64,000 nt of DNA from a bacterium (GCA_018660415.1 JABJKG010000010.1:2405-66404); one strand, 5' to 3'. Numbered from the stretch's first letter, positions 1 to 10,346 are shown. Numbers and translations: made by a program. The notes: generated from the letters alone by a model not told the origin.

Positions 1-2072
1 TCAACAAGCTTCTTATCATAGTTATCAGGATTGAATAGTTGATCCTTCACCATTTCTAAGTAGTTATCGCAATAATCATGCCAGAATAGATGTTCGATTT
101 GTTGGAGTGCTGCACTATATTCATATTCGGCAAAGCTTTTATTATAACGGTCAAAGCATTGGGAAATATTGTGTAACATCCATTCATTAACGGTTCCGAG
201 TGTTTCGGGCTTAGTATCAAAGTTTTTATCAGCTGTATGCTGATTAACAAAGGCAAACGCGTTCCACAGCTTTGTTACAAGTTTGTTTCCAATCTTGAGT
301 TGGCTTTCTGAGAATGCGACATCGGTTCCCAAGGTTCCACAGGCAGTCCAATATCGAATAGCATCAGCAGGCCATTGAACCAGAAGGTTTTCCGGCGTCA
401 TTGATGAATTATTTTTAGACTTAGATAGTTTTTCTTTATTATTACTGAGTACATGCCCTGAGATAACAATGTCTTTCCATGGGATGGTATCCAAGTGCAT
501 CCACGATTTGACGATCGTGTAGAATGCCCAGGTGCGGATAATATCATGTGCTTGTGGACGCATTCCCATTGGGATGAATTCTTGGAGCGCCTCCTTATCA
601 AATGCTGACTTGGCTTCAGGGTTGAACAAGGAGTATGTAATTTGTGGTGTAAGCGATGAAGTGTTCCAGGTATCCATTACATCAGTATCTGCCTTGAGAT
701 TACTACTCTTACATTCATGGCAATTAGGGGCTTGTTTTTCTTGTGGGTCTACTGGAAGCTCATCAATTTCCGGGAGTACAATCGCAGAGCAGTCGATACA
801 GTGCCAGACAGGGAAGGGGATTCCATAAAAACGTTGTCGCGATAAGCACCAATCCCAACTGATGTTTTCGATCCAGTTGATCAGGCGTGATTTCATGTAG
901 CTTGGATGCCAGTTAATTTTATCAGCTTCCGCTAAAAACTCTTTTTTATATTCTAAAATATTTAAGAACCATTGTGATAACATTGCATATTCAATGTTTT
1001 TCTTACAGCGTTCATGGGTATTGACTGGATGGCTGATCGGTTTGGCTTCAAGGACACAACTGTTTTCTTCAAGCTTTTCAATTACCGCTTTACGAGCTTC
1101 GGGTGCCTTAAGTCCAGCTAAGAATCCTGTGCTTTCAACCCATTTGCCATCAAGACCGATAGAAGGTTTGTGGTCTAATTTATATTTTTTATACCATTCA
1201 ACATCGTTTTTATCTCCAAAGGTGCAGCACATAACCAGCCCGGTACCTTTCTCAGGTTGCACGGTTTCATCAGCAATGATATCTACACTGTTTTCAAACA
1301 ATGGCACGATAGCCTTTTTGTCCTTTAATGATTGATATCGCTTATCATCAGGGTGATACAAGACAGCAACACATGAAGAAAGAAGTTCTGGTCGTGTCGT
1401 TGCGATCTTGAGTTCTTGATTATCATCAGACTTGAAAAGGAGCGTATAGAAGGTAGAGTCTTGTTCGACATCATCCAGTTCAGCTTGTGCTACTGAGGTT
1501 CGGCAGGCTGTACAATAGAGTGCCGGCTCGTACTGTCGATATATATATCCCTTTTTCAATAAACGGATAAATGATTCTTGAGATATTTTTCGGACTTCTG
1601 GAGAGATGGTAGCATAGGTTAGTTCCCAGTCTGCAGACAGGCCAATCGCTTGCCAAAGTTGTTGGAACTGATGCTCAACATCTTGAGTTTCTTTTAAGCA
1701 AAGATCAATAAAGGCCGTTCGTCCTAGCTTGTGGGCGCTTACCTTACATTTTTTTTCTACATATTTTTCTGTAGGAAGACCATTATCATCGAATCCGAAT
1801 GGATAAAATACATTTTTATTACTGAGCCTTTGGTAGCGAGCTATAAAATCGGTATGAGTGTATGAAAAAATATGTCCAATATGTAGCGTTCCCGATACTG
1901 TCGGTGGTGGGGTATCAATATTATATATAGGACGTTCTTGCGCAATATCAGCAGAAAGCCCAAAATAGTTCTTATGTTCTCTGTTTTCGCGTGAGAATTG
2001 ATATATTTTATCATTAAGCCACAGCTGCTCGAGGGCTACTTGCTGCTCTTTAAAATTATATTTTTTTTCCAT
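1..2072 (-). CDS. valS: Valine--tRNA ligase (archaeal/rickettsial-like type), 3' end runs off the window
   Basis: Not in the ORF track because it is open at the edge. Manual translation from ATG 2072 gives MEKKYNFKEQQ...IDTPPPTVSGTLHIGHIFSY (HIGH motif), GFDDNGLPTE, WDWCLSRQRFYGIPFP, RPQAHDIIRTWAFYT and KLSKS (KMSKS variant). Confidence 0.95.
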   Translation of the reverse strand, partial: MEKKYNFKEQQVALEQLWLNDKIYQFSRENREHKNYFGLSADIAQERPIYNIDTPPPTVSGTLHIGHIFSYTHTDFIARYQRLSNKNVFYPFGFDDNGLPTEKYVEKKCKVSAHKLGRTAFIDLCLKETQDVEHQFQQLWQAIGLSADWELTYATISPEVRKISQESFIRLLKKGYIYRQYEPALYCTACRTSVAQAELDDVEQDSTFYTLLFKSDDNQELKIATTRPELLSSCVAVLYHPDDKRYQSLKDKKAIVPLFENSVDIIADETVQPEKGTGLVMCCTFGDKNDVEWYKKYKLDHKPSIGLDGKWVESTGFLAGLKAPEARKAVIEKLEENSCVLEAKPISHPVNTHERCKKNIEYAMLSQWFLNILEYKKEFLAEADKINWHPSYMKSRLINWIENISWDWCLSRQRFYGIPFPVWHCIDCSAIVLPEIDELPVDPQEKQAPNCHECKSSNLKADTDVMDTWNTSSLTPQITYSLFNPEAKSAFDKEALQEFIPMGMRPQAHDIIRTWAFYTIVKSWMHLDTIPWKDIVISGHVLSNNKEKLSKSKNNSSMTPENLLVQWPADAIRYWTACGTLGTDVAFSESQLKIGNKLVTKLWNAFAFVNQHTADKNFDTKPETLGTVNEWMLHNISQCFDRYNKSFAEYEYSAALQQIEHLFWHDYCDNYLEMVKDQLFNPDNYDKKLV

Positions 2073-2153
2073 ACAGGTTTATCCGAAGCCTTTTTTGCTT
2101 ATAAATTCTTTCCTTTAAGTCTACTTTGAAAGGACAAATCGGTCAAAATAGGC

Positions 2154-4361
2154 TTACTTTCCTTCAAACTGCTTTATCATATGCATGGCTTGTCCGATAT
2201 AGTCGCCAGAGGTAGTATTTTGCATAAAATCACGCAAGATTTTAATAGCTAATGGATTATTTCCTAGTAGGTGGTGCGCATGTGCCTTTTGAATCGGCGT
2301 ATCCGGGTACTGTGATGAATGCTGTTCCAACAGTTTAACAAGTTCTAATGCCTGGGTTGGTTGGCTATTTTCTAGAAAGGCTTCACATAAATTGTGTGCA
2401 ACATTGGTATTGTCTGGAGCAGCATTATAGGCCATGGAGTAATATCGCACTGCTTCAGGGAAGTTTTTATTATGGAAGTAGGCATTCCCTAGCTGGAATA
2501 GAACTGAGGCGTGAGGCTCTACTTCTAAGAGTTTACTAAATGCCAGGATGGCATCCTCATACTTATGAAGCTTGATACTTAAATCACCATAAAGCGCATA
2601 CCCTTGAGAAACATTATCAAAGTCGGCCTGAGTACAGCATTGTTTGAAACATTGCCACGCTTCTTCAGGCTCATCGAGCGCTAAGTGTGCCCGTCCTTTG
2701 TTAAAGTAGGCTTTCCCATAATACGGGTACAACTCAATAGCCTGAGCTGCTGCTTTGGTAGCTAAGTAATACTCATTTTTCATGATCAGGAAGGTTGCGA
2801 GGTTATTGTATACTTTAGGTTGATACGGATTAATTTGGATTCCTTGCTTCAATGCCCAGATAGCTTGGTCGATTCTTCCTAAAGCTCCGTATGCATAGGA
2901 GAGATTATTGTATGGATCAAAGTAACCTTGTTCCATGCGGATTGCTCGCTTGAAGTATGGAATAGCTTCACGGAACTTGTCTTTAGATAATAATTGGCAA
3001 CCAAAGTTATTATGAGATCGCGCTTTACCTGGAGCTTGTAAGACAATATCTTCCCAGAAATTATAACTGGATTCCCAAACCTTATTACGGTTGATCGTAA
3101 GGAACATTAATAACGCGGTTAGCAACACAAGAAGGATTGTTCGCGCTGATGTTGTTTTAAGGAAGATAAAGCTGCGTGCTTGTGCTTGATACAAGTAAAG
3201 GAGTCCACTGACCAATACGAATATCCAGCCAACACATGCCAGGTAGGTTTTATAGTCGACAATGAGTTCCCAGCCTGGAATTATAGATGAGCGTGGGCTG
3301 ATACAAATAAAGAACCAGATCAAGCCAAACGAGATTAAGCTTTTTTTGTTTCCGCGGATTAAGTATCCAATAAGGGCGACGATGGTAAGGACTCCTAAAA
3401 ACGGTATGAGAAAACCAAGAGAGTCGATTGATGGTTCAAGCTTCCAGTCATATTCCATACAAATATTGAATGGCCATATAAAGATAGCCAGGTAGTGGAG
3501 TATTACCTTGAATTGTGACATGAAGTACGTCATGGGAAGAATTTTTTGTCCTACTTCTTGAGTGAGGCAGTTGCCGGGGATATTTTCACTTTCAAGTTGC
3601 ATGAAAAGAGCTTGTGAAAGATATTTTTTTCCTAAGAACCAAACATACATCCCCCATACCAACGTAAACATGGCAGCATGAATCCACCAGCGTTTTTTAA
3701 GAGACTCCCATGATCCTTGTGCAACCAAGAACCAATCGGTAAGTAGGACTAATAGGGGAGTAATTATAGCAATTTCTTTGGTGCCGCAAGAAAGAAATGC
3801 GCATATGTACATAAGAAAGAATAGAACATATGAGATTATATTTTCTTTTGCTTGATTAAAAAGGAGAAAACATAAGAGTGTGGCCATGACAAATAGGCCA
3901 GCAAGACCTTCCATTTGTCCTTGCACAATGTACGATACGGTTTGCGTTTGTGCTGGATGAAGAAGAAAAACGCCAGAGACTAAGAGCGCTAACGTGCGTG
4001 CGTTCTCACTGAAAAAAGAGTTTTCTTTAAGATTTTTCAAGCCTATAAAAAAGAAGTAATAAATAATGAGGCCGGTAATGATATGGAATGAAACATTGGC
4101 GCAACGGTAGAAGAACGGTTCGAACTTGCCGAAGTGATAACTCCAGACACTAATCCATTTACTTATCCACCGCGAGTTTGATAGAAAAATATCATTAAGA
4201 GTAAGGAATCGAATCTCATATGCTTTAAGAATATTGGGTTCATCATCAAACTGAAATGCATAATGTAAGGATGGTATATAGGTAAGGATTGTAAGTCCTA
4301 CAAGTATGATTGGTGTTGCAATGTACCAAAACAATGAATTCAACCTTTTTTGCTGCAGCAT
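2154..4361 (-). CDS. TMTC-like membrane glycosyltransferase (GT-C) with C-terminal TPR repeats
   Basis: FQFDD motif after the first TM helix, many TM segments, HPxQT motif, then multiple TPRs. Start moved to ATG 4361, which has an AGGAG RBS. Confidence 0.8.
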   Translation of the reverse strand: MLQQKRLNSLFWYIATPIILVGLTILTYIPSLHYAFQFDDEPNILKAYEIRFLTLNDIFLSNSRWISKWISVWSYHFGKFEPFFYRCANVSFHIITGLIIYYFFFIGLKNLKENSFFSENARTLALLVSGVFLLHPAQTQTVSYIVQGQMEGLAGLFVMATLLCFLLFNQAKENIISYVLFFLMYICAFLSCGTKEIAIITPLLVLLTDWFLVAQGSWESLKKRWWIHAAMFTLVWGMYVWFLGKKYLSQALFMQLESENIPGNCLTQEVGQKILPMTYFMSQFKVILHYLAIFIWPFNICMEYDWKLEPSIDSLGFLIPFLGVLTIVALIGYLIRGNKKSLISFGLIWFFICISPRSSIIPGWELIVDYKTYLACVGWIFVLVSGLLYLYQAQARSFIFLKTTSARTILLVLLTALLMFLTINRNKVWESSYNFWEDIVLQAPGKARSHNNFGCQLLSKDKFREAIPYFKRAIRMEQGYFDPYNNLSYAYGALGRIDQAIWALKQGIQINPYQPKVYNNLATFLIMKNEYYLATKAAAQAIELYPYYGKAYFNKGRAHLALDEPEEAWQCFKQCCTQADFDNVSQGYALYGDLSIKLHKYEDAILAFSKLLEVEPHASVLFQLGNAYFHNKNFPEAVRYYSMAYNAAPDNTNVAHNLCEAFLENSQPTQALELVKLLEQHSSQYPDTPIQKAHAHHLLGNNPLAIKILRDFMQNTTSGDYIGQAMHMIKQFEGK

Positions 4362-4501
4362 TAGACTCCTTAATGGGTAGACGACTTTTTTTAAAGTGTA
4401 CCTTTTTGAGGTTGTTTGTCGAGGTAGTAGTGGTTTGACCCATGTTGGTAATTCTTTTAGACTAGGTATGATAAATGGTGGTTTTTCTTTAACTTTAAAC
4501 A

Positions 4502-5200
4502 TTGAAGAGTGTATACGTGACTAATTTTAGTACATTACAGATTGGAATGGGCTTAATTACAATATTAATGGCCTATTTTCCTACAGTAACTATCAGTGGC
4601 TATTTTCAAGCATGGCTGGCTGCCAAGCTTGGTGATGACACTGCTCAAAAACTTGGTTTTCAAACATTTGATCCATTAGTGCATGTGAGTTTTATCGGAT
4701 TGGCATTATTGGTTTATTCGCAATTAGTTTCCGGTCTAGGTGTTGGTTGGGGAAGAAGAATTCCTTTAAATCCAAGTAACATTATCGGTTCTTTGCGTGA
4801 TATTAGACTTATTTTATTGTTTTTTTCCGGAGCAATCATTCATGCGGTTATGATCCTATTGCTCATTTTACTGGGCGGTATGATCGATGCCTTTAACGTG
4901 TTAACATTTTTTTCATCCAGCTTGATGGTTGTGTTACAGTTATACCGTGTTGTCTTACTATTTAATATCTATCTTTTTGTACTGTTTCTCATCTTAGGTG
5001 CTATTGAATTTGTTATGACGGAATTTTTACATAAGTGGCGTCTTTTTGAAAAGTATGGCTTATGGATTCAGTTTGGTGTTTTCTTTGCAGCATTCATTGT
5101 TGTTTCATTAGTATTTCCAGTGTTATTGGAAATTGTTTTTCATTGTGTGGAATATATTGGTTATTACATGCGCGTTGGTTTAAAACTTTTATTTGGGTAA
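4502..5200 (+). CDS. Site-2 protease (M50)-like membrane protein lacking catalytic motifs
   Basis: AAKLGDDTA...TFDPLVHV..IG and GWGRRIPLNP match the M50B scaffold, but the HExxH position reads SGYFQ. Confidence 0.65.
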   Translation: MKSVYVTNFSTLQIGMGLITILMAYFPTVTISGYFQAWLAAKLGDDTAQKLGFQTFDPLVHVSFIGLALLVYSQLVSGLGVGWGRRIPLNPSNIIGSLRDIRLILLFFSGAIIHAVMILLLILLGGMIDAFNVLTFFSSSLMVVLQLYRVVLLFNIYLFVLFLILGAIEFVMTEFLHKWRLFEKYGLWIQFGVFFAAFIVVSLVFPVLLEIVFHCVEYIGYYMRVGLKLLFG

Positions 5201-5206
5201 GGTAGT

Positions 5207-6403
5207 ATGTCAGATATTAAAAAGGATCTTTCTCGGCTTGAAAATGGAACGGCACAATCGTTGCCTTCAGGCGCTTTAGAAAAAAAATTAGAATTAAAGC
5301 GGCCTCTTAAGATCAAGCTTGGCATGGATCCCACATCGCCAGACCTGCACTTGGGACATGCTGTCGTTTTAAAAAAGTTAAGAGATTTTCAGGATCTCGG
5401 TCATGAAGTTATCTTTTTAATTGGTGACTTTACTGCTAGTATCGGCGATCCTACCGGTCGCTCCAAAACTCGACCACCATTGACAACAGAACAAATCGCC
5501 GAGAACACAAAAACATACTTTGACCAGGTTGGTAGAATTTTAGATCCAAGCAAGGTAACCGTTCGTTATAATGCAGAATGGCTTTCTAAGCTTTCAATGT
5601 CGGACTTAATTAAGTTGTGTTCATGTATCACGGTTGCACAACTGACTGAGCGTGATGATTTTTCAAAGCGTCTTAAAGAACGACAACCGATTAGTTTTCA
5701 TGAACTATTATACCCGATCTTTCAGGGTTATGATTCAGTAGCTCTAGAATCAGATGTCGAATTGGGTGGTACCGATCAAACATTTAATATGTTGGTTGGT
5801 CGAAGCTTGCAAGAGCATTATGGTCAACAGCCACAAGTTGTTATGTCACTTCCTATATTGGAAGGGTTGGACGGTGTCCAGAAGATGTCCAAGTCATTAG
5901 GTAACGCTATCGGTCTTACCGAAAAGCCTGAGGATGCATACGGAAAAATCATGTCCGTATCGGATACACTTATGTGGCGCTACTACCTGCTCCTTTTAGG
6001 CTATTCTCAAGAGCAAATTACCAAGATGCAAGCTGAGGTTAAGTCAGGGGCCGTTCATCCTATGGACTTGAAAAAAAGAATGGCTCATGAAGTCATTACA
6101 ACATTCTGGTCAGAAGCTGATGCACAAAAAGCACAAGATACATTTGAAAAACTCTTCCAGAAGAAAGATTTGTCAGCAGGCCAAGAAGTTTCTTTGCCCA
6201 CAGACACACCAAATCCGCTCTGGATTGTCGAGTTATTAAAATTACTTGGCGCGATCAAGTCTTCATCGGAAGCGCGTCGCCTGATCGATTCTGGTGCTGT
6301 TCAGATTAACGGTGAGGCTATTAAAGATTTTAAGGCTGAAATTGAATGGCAATCTGGTATGAGTATCAAGGTTGGCAAGCATAGAATTTACAAGCTGATC
6401 TAA
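5207..6403 (+). CDS. tyrS: Tyrosine--tRNA ligase
   Basis: [28 protein letters not shown] and a C-terminal S4-like domain. Confidence 0.97.
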   Translation: MSDIKKDLSRLENGTAQSLPSGALEKKLELKRPLKIKLGMDPTSPDLHLGHAVVLKKLRDFQDLGHEVIFLIGDFTASIGDPTGRSKTRPPLTTEQIAENTKTYFDQVGRILDPSKVTVRYNAEWLSKLSMSDLIKLCSCITVAQLTERDDFSKRLKERQPISFHELLYPIFQGYDSVALESDVELGGTDQTFNMLVGRSLQEHYGQQPQVVMSLPILEGLDGVQKMSKSLGNAIGLTEKPEDAYGKIMSVSDTLMWRYYLLLLGYSQEQITKMQAEVKSGAVHPMDLKKRMAHEVITTFWSEADAQKAQDTFEKLFQKKDLSAGQEVSLPTDTPNPLWIVELLKLLGAIKSSSEARRLIDSGAVQINGEAIKDFKAEIEWQSGMSIKVGKHRIYKLI

Positions 6404-6778
6404 ATTCTACGTATAACTTTACTGAGCGTCTGGCTGCGACATGGAGCCAATATTGACAAAGCTGAGCTCGTTGAAAGGCACTTAGAGGGAGATTTTGTTG
6501 TAGGTAGCTTCGTAGTCTTTGTGAAACCATATGTTCGTTAGGACCAATTGGTCTGTTTTTCAACTCGTTGAACATTTGTTGTAACTGTTTTTGCTGCATT
6601 TCAGTGGCCACTCTTTTGGCCTCAGGAGTTTGTTTGTCCATAGCTTGTATTGAAGATGTTGATATTAATATGAGTATGAGGACGATGAGTTTTTTCATAT
6701 TGATGAATCCTTACTAAAATTGAATGGCAACCTGGATGAGTATCAAGGTTGGCAAGCATAGAACTTACAAGCTGATCT
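6339..6778 (+). repeat. ~62-bp direct repeat: tyrS 3' end (6339-6401) duplicated at 6717-6778
   Basis: aaattgaatggcaatctggtatgagtatcaaggttggcaagcatagaatttacaagctgatct versus aaattgaatggcaacctgg-atgagtatcaaggttggcaagcatagaacttacaagctgatct (2 substitutions, 1 deletion). Confidence 0.95.
6366..6698 (-). CDS. Small secreted protein, array A member 4
   Basis: Signal peptide [19 protein letters not shown]; [13 protein letters not shown] resembles LTDAEQVQLKLYW in 7189-7437. Confidence 0.7.
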   Translation of the reverse strand: MKKLIVLILILISTSSIQAMDKQTPEAKRVATEMQQKQLQQMFNELKNRPIGPNEHMVSQRLRSYLQQNLPLSAFQRAQLCQYWLHVAARRSVKLYVEFRSACKFYACQP

Positions 6779-6780
6779 GG

Positions 6781-7125
6781 TTAACACTTTTCTATTTCTA
6801 TATTAGTTTTTTCTGGTATTGTTTCAGTGTCATCGCGAAAACGTACGGCTTGTCTTGCCCTTTTAGCGATAAGTCTTTGCACTCTTAATTGTTTTTGTGA
6901 GAGAGAAACAGTTTCATGTTTGGGATGGTGATGTCCGGATTTTTTATGGCTAACAGGTTTATTATTCTGTGGCACTAGAGCCATTGTACATACTTGTGCT
7001 GCCAATCGTTCTAATTCTTTTTCTTTTAGAGTGGGAGTCAAGGGACCATTTTTATTTTCATAATCCATGGCGTGTAAATGAGTAAGTGAGGTGAGCATAA
7101 GACTAAAAAGGATGAGTTTTTTCAC
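6781..7125 (-). CDS. Small secreted protein, array A member 3
   Basis: GTG start at 7125 gives VKKLILFSLMLTSLTHLHA-MD, a signal peptide like its neighbours. Confidence 0.65.
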   Translation of the reverse strand: MKKLILFSLMLTSLTHLHAMDYENKNGPLTPTLKEKELERLAAQVCTMALVPQNNKPVSHKKSGHHHPKHETVSLSQKQLRVQRLIAKRARQAVRFRDDTETIPEKTNIEIEKC

Positions 7126-7188
7126 AAGAGGTCTTTCTAAAATAGTTTTTAAGTAATACAATTTTTTAAAACGAAATATTAATAGAGG

Positions 7189-7437
7189 TTATTGGGTTTT
7201 AAGATTTGGCGCATGGTGGGCCTGAGCGATAAGACTTTGCCAATAAAGCTTGAGCTGGACTTGTTCTGCGTCGGTTAGCTTGGCGCCTTTATTTTTACGC
7301 CTACGAAGATTACTTATTTCACGTTCCTGTGCATCTAAGTGCTGTCGGTGGTAGCATGCTTTCTCATAAGTGTCAGTATTAGCTTGTAGGGATGAAGTAA
7401 GCGCGAAAATAAAGAATAGAATGATGAGTCTTTTCAC
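7189..7437 (-). CDS. Small secreted protein, array A member 2
   Basis: GTG start at 7437 gives VKRLIILFFIFALTSSLQA; basic LRRRK patch. Confidence 0.65.
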   Translation of the reverse strand: MKRLIILFFIFALTSSLQANTDTYEKACYHRQHLDAQEREISNLRRRKNKGAKLTDAEQVQLKLYWQSLIAQAHHAPNLKTQ

Positions 7438-7492
7438 TGAGATTCTTTCTTGATCATTAAGATGAATAAATAAATATAGATGAGCTGGTTTT

Positions 7493-7696
7493 TTAATCTT
7501 GTTTTTCTTTAGTACGCTTGCGGCTCCACAGCTCAAACCAAGAAGGATTTTGCTTGTTCTGTCCAGTGTGCTGTCTGCGACGAAGTTCATAAAGTTCTAG
7601 ACCTCTTGCCGCTGTTTTCATTTCTACACGAGCGCTCATAGCTTGTAATTGTAATGTTGAGAGCAGTATAAAGGAAAGTATAATTAGTTTTTTCAT
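7493..7696 (-). CDS. Small secreted protein, array A member 1
   Basis: MKKLIILSFILLSTLQLQA signal peptide; LRRRQ patch shared with member 2. Confidence 0.6.
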   Translation of the reverse strand: MKKLIILSFILLSTLQLQAMSARVEMKTAARGLELYELRRRQHTGQNKQNPSWFELWSRKRTKEKQD

Positions 7697-7767
7697 GCTG
7701 AATCTTTCTATCAAATAATTTTATATATAATACCTTATGGTAAGCTTTTTTTATCTAAATGCAATGA

Positions 7768-9231
7768 TTAATCTTTAATATTTTTAATAATAAAGCTTGC
7801 GATATCTTTTAGGCCGCTTAATGGAAGTGTATGTGGTTTATTTGCAAGAGTTTTTTTGAGCATCATAAACGGAACCGGACTAGTGGTGTGTGATGTTGCT
7901 GGTTGTCTTGATTCGTTATCATACATAACTTCAGCATTACCATGATCGCTGGTTATATACATAGTGCCGTCCATCTTGGTTACAGCTTGCTCAAAGAGTT
8001 TTTCTAGTTCACTGTCAAGACATTCTAGAGCTTTTTTAGTAGCATCAAAATTTCCTGAATGACCTACCATGTCAGCATTAGCGAAGTTGATAATATAAAA
8101 ATCTTTTGGATTGGTTTCTAATGAATCTAAAACAATCTCGGTAATCTCTTTGGCCGACATGCATGGTTCTTTTGTATAGTCTTGGATTTTAATTGAAGGG
8201 ACCAGGACTCGTACTTCATTATCGTACTTATCCTCACGACCGTTATTGAAAAAGTAGGTAACATGTGCATATTTTTCTGTTTCCGCGATGGTGAAGATTG
8301 AAAGATCATCCTTGGTCAGTTGCTCCAAGAGTGTGTTGTCTGCAACAGGTCTTTCAATGAGTGATATGGTTGCTAGATCAGGATGATATTGAACAGGGGT
8401 AACAAAAAATGAAAGATCTACTGTGTCCAGCAATCCTTTTGTTAATTGACGGGCGCGGTCAGCTCTAAAGTTGCAAAATATAACGCCATCACCAGGCCTG
8501 ATAACACCATCAGACGTTAGCAGAGTCGGAACTATAAACTCATCAGTAACCCTCTCTAAGTAACTGTCTTCTACTACAGCTTGTGCATCCTTGTCTTCCG
8601 GATCGACATGGCCAAACAGTACGCTTAGAGATTCTTCAATACGGTCAGAGTTGTTGTCTCGGTCCATTGCATAAAAGCGACCATGTACTGATGCTATCTG
8701 AACGTTTTTAAAGTTGTCGAGTTCTTTTTGTAAGCGATCTAGATATAACAGTGCCGACTGAGGAGGAACATCACGGCCATCCAAGATAACATGAACATAA
8801 ATACGTTTAACTCTGTTAGCGATAGCGCTTTTCACGAACGCGACCATGTGGTCGATATGGGCATGAACACCAGCATCGGATAAGAGTCCAATTATATGTA
8901 AACTATTGTCGGCATTATTGAGTGTGTTATACGCTTCAGTAAGTGTTTGGTCGGTATCTAATGAGTGGGTTTGTACCATTGTGTTTAAGATTGTTAGGGG
9001 TTGTGGTAATATCTCGCCCGCACCGATGGTCATGTGCCCAACTTCAGAGTTGCCCATGACGCCATCCACCAATCCCACAGCTGAGCCAGATGCTTGTAAA
9101 AGTGCGTGTGGATAGTTTTTAAACCAGTTATGCAAGTGTGGAGTGTCAGCTTGCGCAACGGCATTATGCTCGGTGCTTTCAGAGTAGCCATAACCATCTA
9201 AAATAATGAGTAGAGTCGGATTGTTCTTCAT
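7768..9231 (-). CDS. gpmI: 2,3-bisphosphoglycerate-independent phosphoglycerate mutase
   Basis: LIILDGYG, MGNSEVGH, LDGRD, GRFYAMDRD, NFRADRARQ, AETEKYAHVTYF, DMVGH and SDHGN motifs. Confidence 0.97.
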   Translation of the reverse strand: MKNNPTLLIILDGYGYSESTEHNAVAQADTPHLHNWFKNYPHALLQASGSAVGLVDGVMGNSEVGHMTIGAGEILPQPLTILNTMVQTHSLDTDQTLTEAYNTLNNADNSLHIIGLLSDAGVHAHIDHMVAFVKSAIANRVKRIYVHVILDGRDVPPQSALLYLDRLQKELDNFKNVQIASVHGRFYAMDRDNNSDRIEESLSVLFGHVDPEDKDAQAVVEDSYLERVTDEFIVPTLLTSDGVIRPGDGVIFCNFRADRARQLTKGLLDTVDLSFFVTPVQYHPDLATISLIERPVADNTLLEQLTKDDLSIFTIAETEKYAHVTYFFNNGREDKYDNEVRVLVPSIKIQDYTKEPCMSAKEITEIVLDSLETNPKDFYIINFANADMVGHSGNFDATKKALECLDSELEKLFEQAVTKMDGTMYITSDHGNAEVMYDNESRQPATSHTTSPVPFMMLKKTLANKPHTLPLSGLKDIASFIIKNIKD

Positions 9232-9318
9232 AAAAATTATCTTTATTTTTTTTTCTTTAATTGGAGAGTATACTTTGTTCCATAATATCATGGGTTTTAA
9301 ATATTGTGTGAGAAAAAA

Positions 9319-9624
9319 ATGCTAAAAAAATTATTAATACTTGTCTTGCTAATGCAATGTATGCACATTCCTACAGCGATTCCTTATGAAACAGTGTCTT
9401 CGGCAGAGGAAGTCGTGTTTGATGTAAAGGATGACATGGACTTTCAAGATATAGAGGTCCAAGGCATGAGTGATGACTTTCTTGTTGCGGGTAAGCCTTA
9501 TCCTCGAATTGTTTTAACCGGAATGAAAGTTGGCTCATTCTTTCTTTATTGTTACTATAAATTAGAAAAAGGTGTACGTTATTCTTTTAATAAAACATTG
9601 AGGGTTCTTCGTGGCAAGTACTAA
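9319..9624 (+). CDS. Hypothetical protein with signal peptide
   Basis: MLKKLLILVLLMQC N-terminus; overlaps the rsmE start, suggesting an operon. Confidence 0.55.
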   Translation: MLKKLLILVLLMQCMHIPTAIPYETVSSAEEVVFDVKDDMDFQDIEVQGMSDDFLVAGKPYPRIVLTGMKVGSFFLYCYYKLEKGVRYSFNKTLRVLRGKY

Positions 9625-10345
9625 GCACGAGTTTGCTATTTTCTGTCCAGGACTTACCGAGCATACTAAGGCCGGGGGTCTGATCATTAACGATAAAAAT
9701 GTTATTAATCGTATTGCTCACATTTTGCGCTTGGGCGTTGATGATACGCTTATGCTTTTTGATGAACAGTTTCATTCACATGTCAGTATCGAATCAATAT
9801 CGAAAAAGGAAGTTGCTTTTAAGGTATTGAACATGGTCGAGAACATGCGTTTAAAGCCACGTATTCAGGTTGTGCTTCCCTTGTTGAAAAAAGAAGCGTT
9901 TGAGCAGGCTATATATAATATTACCGAACTTGGCGGTTCAGAAATTCAATTATTAGAAACTGAAAAGATGCAACGTAAATGGGGTGGCGATAAAGAGCTT
10001 GACCGGATTAAGCGGATTACGATTGCTGCAGCCGAACAGTCCAAGAACTTTATGATGCCAACTATTCATGCACCGACAGCACTACAAAAACTGTTAGCGC
10101 ATAAAGAAGGGCGATATCTTTTTTGTGATGTCGATGGTGATCCTATCTATAAGGTGTTTGATGAGGGGTCTATTAAAAAAGATGAATTAATTACTGTCTT
10201 TGTTGGCCCTGAGGGTGATTTTTCTCATGAGGAGAAACAGTTGCTCAATAATAGTGGTGTACAGTTTTACCGGCTGACGCCGACAGTCCTGCGCTCCGTA
10301 CAGGCTATTTCATTAGCGCTTGGCTATCTGCGTTGCTTAGATTAA
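9611..10345 (+). CDS. rsmE: 16S rRNA m3U1498 methyltransferase RsmE
   Basis: HILRL, TELG, AAAEQS, VGPEGDFS and LTPTVLRSVQA SPOUT motifs. Confidence 0.9.
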   Translation: MASTKHEFAIFCPGLTEHTKAGGLIINDKNVINRIAHILRLGVDDTLMLFDEQFHSHVSIESISKKEVAFKVLNMVENMRLKPRIQVVLPLLKKEAFEQAIYNITELGGSEIQLLETEKMQRKWGGDKELDRIKRITIAAAEQSKNFMMPTIHAPTALQKLLAHKEGRYLFCDVDGDPIYKVFDEGSIKKDELITVFVGPEGDFSHEEKQLLNNSGVQFYRLTPTVLRSVQAISLALGYLRCLD

Positions 10346-10346
10346 T

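Noticed and set aside
56-1335. Short track ORFs 56-256, 398-601, 532-828 and 994-1335
   Set aside because: All lie within valS in other frames or on the opposite strand.
4362-4502. N-terminal 47 aa of track ORF 2154-4502
   Set aside because: ATG 4361 has a clear RBS, and the extension would fill the divergent promoter region.
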